Of a stretch of 64,000 nucleotides of DNA, positions 18,752 through 25,587 are shown in pieces. The notes below the pieces were generated by a model, which saw only the letters and a program-made list of their open reading frames with translations, was not told the origin of the DNA and did not search any database. How positions within the stretch are numbered: position 1 is the first letter of the stretch; each line of letters opens with the position of its first letter. This stretch comes from an uncultured Pseudomonadota bacterium. Its GTDB lineage: Bacteria > Babelota > Babeliae > Babelales > RVW-14. The stretch is taken from contig CAZGPI010000002.1 in assembly GCA_964527595.1 (NCBI GenBank), positions 27,225 to 91,224 on the forward strand. The letters run 5' to 3'. The position numbers and the translations under genes are program-made.

Positions 18752-19834
18752 TTATAGGGAGGTGCAGGAGGGCTTGCCGGCCATAGCCACCTGGGCGACG
18801 GCTGGAACGGCCTGCGGTAGATTATTGATTTTATTTTCTTGAGCAAAATAGTTTTTATACCAAGCTACTGTTTCTTCAAGCCCTTTGCGAACGCCGTATT
18901 TTGCATGCCATCCAAGAACGGTATGTGCTTTTTTTGAGCAAAGATGTTGGGCTGGAATTTCATTGCAGGCCATGTTTTTGATTATTGGGGTAAGGTGGTT
19001 AGCGTTCATGAGATCCAAAATTTCATGCACCATTTCAACAACGGTGAATGGGTGGTCGGTACTGAAGTTGAAACATTGGCCGACTATTAACGGATTTTCC
19101 ATTGCTTGGGCAAGGGTAAGGTAAGCGTCAACCACGTCTTTTACATAAATGTAATCGCGAACAAATTGGCCATTTGATCTAATTACAGGGGCTTGGTTAT
19201 TAAGAATAGCTTTGATGGTTCCAGGTATTATGCGATTAAGGTGAAAATCACCGCCACCAAAAAAATTTCCACATCGTGTTACGCAAACCGGAAGTTTAAA
19301 CGTATGGAAATACGATTGAGCTATCAGGTCGGTGCAGCTTTTTGAAACATCATAAGGGTGTTGGCCTTGCAGCGGAGCATCTTCGGTATAGGGTAATTTT
19401 TCTTGTGCTCCATAGGCTTTATCGCTTGAAGCAACAACGATGCGTTTGACCCATGGGCTTAAGCGGCAAGCTTCCAAAAGGTTCCATGTTCCTTCGATAT
19501 TTGACCTGAATGTTGAGATCGGTGAGCGATTTGCATAACCGACAATTGCCTGGGCGCCTAAGTGGAAAACTGTTTCAATATCACTTTCATTCAGAACGCG
19601 AGTGAGTAGGTTTTGATCAAGAAGGTCGCCGATAATGACGGATGTTTTTTTATCCAACTGTTGCTGAAAAAATACTGAATGTGAAATGAGATCACGTATT
19701 AAAACAAAAACGTTGGCTTCTTGCTCAATAAGCTCTTGAACAAGCCAGGGGCCTAGTAATCCAGTTGCTCCGGTTACTAAAACATTTCTGTTTTTCCAGT
19801 ATTTTTTTTCATTTGTATAATTTTCCACGAGCAA
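18752..19834 (-). CDS. rfbG: CDP-glucose 4,6-dehydratase
   Basis: WKNRNVLVTGATGLLGPWL, ASSDKAYG and HPYDVSKSCTDL (YxxxK). Sits directly downstream of the cytidylyltransferase. The C-terminal tail is encoded by a long-form repeat. Confidence 0.85.
   Translation of the reverse strand: MLVENYTNEKKYWKNRNVLVTGATGLLGPWLVQELIEQEANVFVLIRDLISHSVFFQQQLDKKTSVIIGDLLDQNLLTRVLNESDIETVFHLGAQAIVGYANRSPISTFRSNIEGTWNLLEACRLSPWVKRIVVASSDKAYGAQEKLPYTEDAPLQGQHPYDVSKSCTDLIAQSYFHTFKLPVCVTRCGNFFGGGDFHLNRIIPGTIKAILNNQAPVIRSNGQFVRDYIYVKDVVDAYLTLAQAMENPLIVGQCFNFSTDHPFTVVEMVHEILDLMNANHLTPIIKNMACNEIPAQHLCSKKAHTVLGWHAKYGVRKGLEETVAWYKNYFAQENKINNLPQAVPAVAQVAMAGKPSCTSL
18755..18817 (+). repeat. GC-rich stem-loop repeat, long form, copy 6 (rfbG / GT2 junction)
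   Basis: TAGGGAGGTGCAGGAGGGCTTGCCGGCCATAGCCACCTGGGCGACGGCTGGAACGGCCTGCGG. This equals the short form with about 33 nt inserted between AGGG and AACGG. Confidence 0.9.
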
Positions 19835-19839
19835 GTTCC

Positions 19840-20745
19840 TTAGATAATGCTTGAAGTTGTTTTTTCAGCTGGCATTGAGATACACGATGTGTCAATGGTT
19901 GCGGGTGTAAATACATCTTTTTCATCGCCCCATACTTTCCAAGGAGCACCCGTCTTCCAGAGTTCTTCGAGCTTTTGGTGTTCGCGGATAGTGTCCATGC
20001 ATTGCCAAAATCCATAATGTTTGTACATCATGAGTTGACTATCTAAGGCAGCTTGTTTAAGCGGTGTTTGCTCAAGAATGCAGTCTGAACCAACAGAAAG
20101 ATATTTGAGAAAATCTTTTTGTATAACCATGTAGCCACCATTAATCCATTCATCTTCGATTTTCTTTTTTTCTGAAAAAGAGACGATGGTATTTCCTGAG
20201 ACTTCGAGATTTCCAAAGCGTGATTGGAGATTGACGCCGGTAAGTGTTATATGTTTTCCGTGTGATTCATGGAAGTGAACAAGATCCTTAATGTTGACGT
20301 CGGCAACGCCGTCGCCGTAGGTAAGCAAAAAGGTGTTAGTATCAACGTATTTTGCCGCACGTGCAACGCGTCCACCGGTTAAGCAATCTTGTCCCGTGTC
20401 TACTAACGTTATTTCCCATTCTTCATTATTTGCTTGGTGCTCAGAAACAACTCCGGTCTTGGTATTGACGGTAAAATTTATATCTTCCATGCGGTAATTA
20501 AGAAAATAATTTTTAATTACTTCGCCTTTGTAGCCAAGGCATATGATGAATCGATAAAAGCCATAGGTTGAATAAGTTTTCATGATGTGCCAGAGAATTG
20601 GCTTGCCGCCGATTGGAACCATTGGTTTTGGGCGAAATTCTGTTTCTTCTCGTAGGCGCGTTCCTAGTCCGCCAGCAAGAATCATTACCGGAATATTACT
20701 CTTCTTCACTACGTATCTCCTTTTGATTTTGAATGAATAATTCAC
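19840..20745 (-). CDS. rfbF: Glucose-1-phosphate cytidylyltransferase
   Basis: VMILAGGLGTRLREETEFRPKPMVPIGGKPILWHIMK and YGDGVADVNI match RfbF/DdhA. The exact start is uncertain. Confidence 0.9.
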   Translation of the reverse strand: MNYSFKIKRRYVVKKSNIPVMILAGGLGTRLREETEFRPKPMVPIGGKPILWHIMKTYSTYGFYRFIICLGYKGEVIKNYFLNYRMEDINFTVNTKTGVVSEHQANNEEWEITLVDTGQDCLTGGRVARAAKYVDTNTFLLTYGDGVADVNIKDLVHFHESHGKHITLTGVNLQSRFGNLEVSGNTIVSFSEKKKIEDEWINGGYMVIQKDFLKYLSVGSDCILEQTPLKQAALDSQLMMYKHYGFWQCMDTIREHQKLEELWKTGAPWKVWGDEKDVFTPATIDTSCISMPAEKTTSSII

Positions 20746-20838
20746 TCAACAGATAAGTTCTCTTATGTTATGTTTCATGATGTTACATGTCAAGACTCAA
20801 TGTCAAAATATTAAGGCTGAGAGAGCATAGGATGAAGT

Positions 20839-21534
20839 ATGGCAGCACCAATAAAAATGCAGGCAACCGTTGCTGAAATTATTCAGTATTCAGGTGATAT
20901 ATACCAGGTAGTTTTTACACCTGAAAAAAAAATACCAAAATTTAAATCGGGTCAGTTTTTACATTTGGCTCTAGATGAATATGACTCATATACTGGTTTG
21001 TGGCCAGAGTCGCGGGCATTCTCAATAGCATCATCAAATAAAAGCTCTCAAATAACGATTGTGTACAGTGTTAAGGGAAGTTTTACCGGACGTATGAAAA
21101 ATGAGCTCTGTGTTGGGAAGACCGTTTGGTTAAAATTTCCTTATGGTTCATTTGTGATTAATGCATACGACCATACTCAAGATGTTGTGTTAGTAGCTGG
21201 CGGAACAGGAATTGCTCCATATATTCCATATCTGGAAGAGGAACTTGTGCAGCCAACAGGAAGGCGAATAGTTCTTGTTTATGGTATTCGTGGTGATCAC
21301 TGTTTCTTGTTTGAAGAGTTAGTGAAAACACGTTGCCAATGGTTGCCTAAATTTGAGCTTGTGTTGTTTAATGCGCAAGCGATTGATTTTTCTGTGGTTA
21401 TTAATAAGGCAGAGGCGTTACATGATCCACATTATTTCATATCAGGTCCGCAAGGCATGATAACGTCGTTGCGTAGCTTTTTGGCGTCTGAGTGTGTAAG
21501 TCAAGATAGGGTTCATGTTGACGATTGGGATTAG
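20839..21534 (+). CDS. FNR-type FAD/NAD(P)H oxidoreductase, candidate E3-like reductase partner of RfbH (no ferredoxin domain)
   Basis: RAFSIAS (R-x-[YF]-S FAD motif) and LVAGGTGIAP (NAD(P)-binding). Only 231 aa, with no Cys-cluster motif. Immediately upstream of rfbH. Confidence 0.65.
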   Translation: MAAPIKMQATVAEIIQYSGDIYQVVFTPEKKIPKFKSGQFLHLALDEYDSYTGLWPESRAFSIASSNKSSQITIVYSVKGSFTGRMKNELCVGKTVWLKFPYGSFVINAYDHTQDVVLVAGGTGIAPYIPYLEEELVQPTGRRIVLVYGIRGDHCFLFEELVKTRCQWLPKFELVLFNAQAIDFSVVINKAEALHDPHYFISGPQGMITSLRSFLASECVSQDRVHVDDWD

Positions 21535-21565
21535 TTTTTTTAGGTAAGTATTGAGGAGTAATGAA

Positions 21566-22924
21566 ATGATTAATGAAGAAAAAGAATTAAGAAAACAAAT
21601 TAAAGATTTAGTTAAGCAATATCATCAGTGTCGGTTTGGCTCTGGCGAAGGTGCCGTAACCTCGGTTCGTTACGCGGGAAGAGTTTTTGATGACGCTGAA
21701 ATGGTTTCGCTTGTTGATGCATCGCTTGATTTTTGGCTAACAGCTGGAAGATTTACCGAAGAATTTGAATCGAGTCTGGCTGCTTTTTTGGATGTTGAAT
21801 CGGCCTTATTAGTTAATTCTGGATCGTCGGCAAATCTACTTGCCATGAGTGCATTAACCTCGCCTTTGCTTGGGAGCAGAAAGTTGAATCCTGGCGACGA
21901 GGTTATAACCGTGGCGGCTGGTTTTCCAACAACCGTCAATCCAATAATTCAAAACAATCTTATTCCTGTTTTTGTCGATGTTGACCTTGGGACTTATAAC
22001 ACGACGTTGGAACGTATACAAAAAGCGCTTTCACCAAAAACTAAAGCAATTTTCTTAGCCCATACCCTGGGTAATCCATATGACCTTGAAGGTATAATAA
22101 AAATTGCTCAGGAAAATAATCTTTTTTTCATAGAAGATTGTTGTGATGCTCTTGGTTCAACGTTTAATGGAAAAATGCTTGGATCATTTGGCCATATTGC
22201 AACCTTTTCCTTTTATCCAGCACATCATATTACGATGGGCGAGGGTGGCGCTGTAGCGACGAGTGATGATGTGCTTGCTCGAGCATTAATGTCGTTACGA
22301 GATTGGGGGCGCGATTGCTATTGTAATGGTGGTGAGAATGATACCTGCGGCCGGCGCTTTACCGGACAATATGGAACATTACCGTTAGGGTACGATCACA
22401 AATACGTTTATTCGCATATTGGGTACAATTTAAAAGCAACCGACATGCAAGCGGCTATTGGTGTTGAGCAACTGAAAAAATTACCAAAATTTTGCCAACG
22501 ACGAAAAGAAAATTTTAAACTTTGGTCAAAAGGCTTTGAAAAATTTTCTGAATACTTTATTCTGCCTTGGGCAATCGCTGGTTCAGATCCTGCTTGGTTT
22601 GCTTTTCCGCTTTCGATTAAAGATGATGCTGGTTTTACGCGTACCGATTTGACAAGGTATTTAGCGAGTAAGAAAATAGAAACACGAAATCTTTTTGCTG
22701 GTAATATTGTTCGCCAACCGGCTTATGCAGACGTTGATTATCGTATCGCTGAACCATTAGTTAATACAGATTTTATCATGAATAATACTTTTTTCTTGGG
22801 AACATATCCCGGGCTTTCTGAGCCGCAAATAAACTATGTTTTAAGCCAGATTCAGGAATTTATTGAGCAACGAAGTGTTCAAACAAAGGAGCATTCGACA
22901 TTGTGTGGCCGCTGCACATTATAG
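21566..22924 (+). CDS. rfbH: CDP-6-deoxy-L-threo-D-glycero-4-hexulose 3-dehydrase (E1, RfbH/DdhC/AscC-like, PMP and Fe-S dependent)
   Basis: DegT-family fold (NSGSSANLLA, FSFYPAHHITMGEGGA with His replacing the PLP Lys, as in E1). Also has the Cys cluster DCYCNGGENDTCGRRF (C-x-C-x7-C). ATG 21566 has GAGGAG 6 nt upstream. Confidence 0.85.
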   Translation: MINEEKELRKQIKDLVKQYHQCRFGSGEGAVTSVRYAGRVFDDAEMVSLVDASLDFWLTAGRFTEEFESSLAAFLDVESALLVNSGSSANLLAMSALTSPLLGSRKLNPGDEVITVAAGFPTTVNPIIQNNLIPVFVDVDLGTYNTTLERIQKALSPKTKAIFLAHTLGNPYDLEGIIKIAQENNLFFIEDCCDALGSTFNGKMLGSFGHIATFSFYPAHHITMGEGGAVATSDDVLARALMSLRDWGRDCYCNGGENDTCGRRFTGQYGTLPLGYDHKYVYSHIGYNLKATDMQAAIGVEQLKKLPKFCQRRKENFKLWSKGFEKFSEYFILPWAIAGSDPAWFAFPLSIKDDAGFTRTDLTRYLASKKIETRNLFAGNIVRQPAYADVDYRIAEPLVNTDFIMNNTFFLGTYPGLSEPQINYVLSQIQEFIEQRSVQTKEHSTLCGRCTL

Positions 22925-22927
22925 GTG

Positions 22928-24340
22928 CTAAAAGCGCTTAACTTCCTCAAGGTCATCAAAGTGGTGTTTTTCACCTTTGATAAGATAATAGTTTTCGTGA
23001 CCCTTGCCCAAAAGCGCAATAATCGAATGCGGTTGAGCATTTTGTGTCGCAAGGGTTATCGCTTTTTTGCGGTCAAGTTCAACAATAACAGAAGTCATTT
23101 TTTCTTTTGGAATGCCGGCAACAATTTCATTGGCAATTGCTTGACGATCTTCGTCGCGCGGATTGTCGTCGGTAACAATAATAAGATCAGCATAGTCTGC
23201 CGCAAGTTTGCCCATTACCGGGCGCTTGGTGGTGTCTCTATTACCGCCGCAACCAAAAATCACAATAAGATGCGATGTTAAAGGGCGTAATGTTTTGAGC
23301 ACTTCGTCAAATGCTCCTGGCTTATGAGCAAAATCGACAAATGCCTTGGCGCCATTTTTAAGGGTGTGCATTTGTAGGCGTCCTGGAACTCCAGCAAATG
23401 TTGCAAGTGCTTGAGTAATTATATTTGAAGTTACGCCGAGCTCTGAACAAATCAATTTGGCCATACAAACATTGTAATTATTGTATGCTCCAACGAGCGC
23501 CGGGCATAAGGGAGGTGCAGGAGGGAACGGCCTGCAAGCTTCTTCTAAATAAAAGATATGATGCTGTGTTTGCGATTCGCTTGTTTCTTGTTGCTCAAAG
23601 CCGAACGCAATAACTTTTTGCTTTAATCCATTTTCATCAAAATACTCAACCGCTTTTTTGCCCCATGGATTATCAATGTTTATAACGGCAATGCCATTTT
23701 GTTTTAATTGCTTGAATAGCGCAGCTTTGGTTTGAAAATAGTGCTCCATGCTTGGATGAAAATCCATATGTTCTGGGCTAAGATTGGTGAATCCAACAGC
23801 ATCAAATTCAATGCCGTGGATCCGTGAAAGTGCGATAGAATGTGAGGATATTTCCATGATAACGTAATCGATTTTCTCTTTTACGCACTCGGCTAAAAAC
23901 ATTTGAATATAGTCGGCCGCGGGGGATGTTAAGGTGCTTTCTTCTTCTTTGTCGCCAATTTTGTTTTTAATAGAACCAATGAGCGCTGTTTTATACCCGG
24001 CCTGGTTTAGCAGATGGTCAACAAGATAGGTTGTTGTGGTTTTGCCAGCGGTGCCGGTAATTCCAATAAATTTGAGTTTTTGTGCGGGATTATTTAAAGC
24101 TTGAGCCGCATAAGCGGCAAGTGCTTTGCGTGTATCATCGACAAAAATGATTTGAATGTGTGCAGGGATGTCTTTAGGGATGTATGATTTGTCTACAATA
24201 ATCGTTGTCGCACCGCGGTTAATGGCTTTTGGGATGTAAGTAGCTCCATCTTCTTTATGGCCTTTTATTGCAACGAACGTTGACCCCGGTCCGACGTGGT
24301 TGGTGTTACAAGTTACAGGATAAATAACAGGAATAAACAT
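22928..24340 (-). CDS. murE: UDP-N-acetylmuramoyl-L-alanyl-D-glutamate--2,6-diaminopimelate ligase
   Basis: GITGTAGKTTT P-loop, EISSHS, the TNLSPEHMDFH region and the DDNPR motif (VTDDNPRDED), which is typical of the DAP-adding MurE. Carries an in-frame repeat-derived insert (ACRPFPPAPPLCP). Confidence 0.9.
   Translation of the reverse strand: MFIPVIYPVTCNTNHVGPGSTFVAIKGHKEDGATYIPKAINRGATTIIVDKSYIPKDIPAHIQIIFVDDTRKALAAYAAQALNNPAQKLKFIGITGTAGKTTTTYLVDHLLNQAGYKTALIGSIKNKIGDKEEESTLTSPAADYIQMFLAECVKEKIDYVIMEISSHSIALSRIHGIEFDAVGFTNLSPEHMDFHPSMEHYFQTKAALFKQLKQNGIAVINIDNPWGKKAVEYFDENGLKQKVIAFGFEQQETSESQTQHHIFYLEEACRPFPPAPPLCPALVGAYNNYNVCMAKLICSELGVTSNIITQALATFAGVPGRLQMHTLKNGAKAFVDFAHKPGAFDEVLKTLRPLTSHLIVIFGCGGNRDTTKRPVMGKLAADYADLIIVTDDNPRDEDRQAIANEIVAGIPKEKMTSVIVELDRKKAITLATQNAQPHSIIALLGKGHENYYLIKGEKHHFDDLEEVKRF
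23507..23536 (+). repeat. GC-rich stem-loop repeat, short form, copy 7 (antisense, in-frame inside murE)
   Basis: TAAGGGAGG-TGCAGG-AGGGAACGG-CCTGCA, read on the opposite strand as CRPFPPAPPL. Confidence 0.9.
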
Positions 24341-24558
24341 TGGTTCTCCACAATAAAAATCTCCCTATGAGCATGACGATGAGACTATTGTAGCACAAAA
24401 CCAACTTGATTTGAGGTTTATTGTGATTCGGGGTGTGGTGTCGTTTCACCGAATGTTATGTTAATGAGGGAAAAAGGAAGTCTAAGAGCCTCTCTTTTTT
24501 TATGTATCATAATGATGCAGTTTGCTGTTAGGAGCTTTATCGCGTTGTTTTTTTGTGA

Positions 24559-24602
24559 TTGAAAATTAGTTACGAACAATTTTGTTCGTAACTAATTTTC
24601 AA
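24559..24602. promoter_or_regulatory. 44-bp inverted repeat (21-bp perfect arms, 2-nt centre) in the murE-divergent intergenic region; candidate operator or structured element
   Basis: TTGAAAATTAGTTACGAACAA-TT-TTGTTCGTAACTAATTTTCAA, read directly. There is no flanking U-run on either strand, so it is not a typical intrinsic terminator. Confidence 0.5.
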
Positions 24603-24876
24603 AAGAGATAAAAGTGGTATTTAAAGGCTTAATTTGATTTTTTGCATGAGAAAACGAGTCTTGAGTTTTGGTGAAAATTATATGAAGGGGTACCCCTAAG
24701 AGCCACCTACATATTTTTGATAAAATCATTAAATGTAGTCTTCGCTGCTCTGGTGAGTTGTTTTTGAATGAATTTTATGATTTAAATAGTATCTAAGGCT
24801 CTTGCGCGGTTGTTATTATGTTGTGTAACGTTGAGACAATTGATGCTGTTGTAAATGAAATAAATTGATTAAAATA

Positions 24877-25587
24877 ATGAGAATCTTGCATAATGCAAAT
24901 CTGATTGAAATACTTAAGCTTTTTAAAGCGATAGGACTTTTTATGTATAACCAAAACAACAATCCAGAGAGCGATTTTACAAAAACATTGTCACGCGATC
25001 GTGATATTATAGAAGTTAATGAAAAAATTGATGAATTAATTAAAGATGAAAAATTCCTTATACAGTTAGCTCAATCAGGCAAGAAGGTTATAAGCGTTGG
25101 GGTATTGCCTGAATCATTAAAGATTAATTTTGCACAATTGATTGAAAAAATAAGCAGTTTGCGTGATGAGATTTTGCAAAAAAAAGAAGACGTTCTTACT
25201 AAAAATTCATTAATCAAACAACGGGTAGCCGTTTTGCTTGGGTCTGAAGAGGTTGATGTTGACCAAACAGAATATGAAAAATCTGAAATTAGCGTTCTAG
25301 AATACTCGGGCTTGCTGGATAATATTTGTGCTGAGTTAAATAGTGAGCATATATCGTTAACATTGTTTTTAAGCGATAAGTGTCCAAAACACGTTATTGT
25401 TGGCGCCCATGCGGCAGAATCTTTTAGCGTAGTAGCACAAGAACAAATTAATGCTATTAAGCGCCATGTTAAAGCAATTCAACGTGATTTAGATGTAAGT
25501 TATTCGCGCTATAGCTATGGTTTTGACGCACAGCTTAAGCGAATAGACTATGTTGAGTCTTTGGTTAAAAAAGAAGAGATTCAATAA
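24877..25587 (+). CDS. Hypothetical protein (predicted helical/coiled-coil, no recognisable domain)
   Basis: Open frame only; Lys/Glu-rich heptad-like stretches. The start is ambiguous (TTG 24865, ATG 24877, ATG 24943). The 3-prime end overlaps the convergent gene by 23 nt. Confidence 0.4.
   Translation: MRILHNANLIEILKLFKAIGLFMYNQNNNPESDFTKTLSRDRDIIEVNEKIDELIKDEKFLIQLAQSGKKVISVGVLPESLKINFAQLIEKISSLRDEILQKKEDVLTKNSLIKQRVAVLLGSEEVDVDQTEYEKSEISVLEYSGLLDNICAELNSEHISLTLFLSDKCPKHVIVGAHAAESFSVVAQEQINAIKRHVKAIQRDLDVSYSRYSYGFDAQLKRIDYVESLVKKEEIQ

Noticed and set aside
18742-18846. 35-codon N-terminal extension of the second polyprenyl-P GT2 gene.
   Set aside because: It is encoded by the long-form repeat and overlaps rfbG by about 95 nt. 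A GTG at 18741, just before the conserved ISIIATCYN start of the GT2 domain, is more plausible. I kept this as an alternative in the feature evidence.
22925-23281. 118-aa plus-strand ORF, and similar long shadow ORFs (10743..11078, 46625..47020, 56913..57305, 61067..61366, 35550..35924, 29161..29517).
   Set aside because: All lie entirely inside strongly supported genes, either antisense or in an alternative frame. Their composition is low-complexity or biased, with no motifs or ribosome-binding sites, so I treat them as chance ORFs.
24571-24590. CGAAC-N6-GTTCG core of the 44-bp inverted repeat, considered as a LexA (Cheo-box-like) SOS operator.
   Set aside because: The Gram-positive Cheo box has a 4-nt spacer (CGAAC-N4-GTTCG), whereas this one has 6. 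The neighbouring genes (murE and an orphan) are not typical SOS genes. I kept it only as a generic candidate operator.
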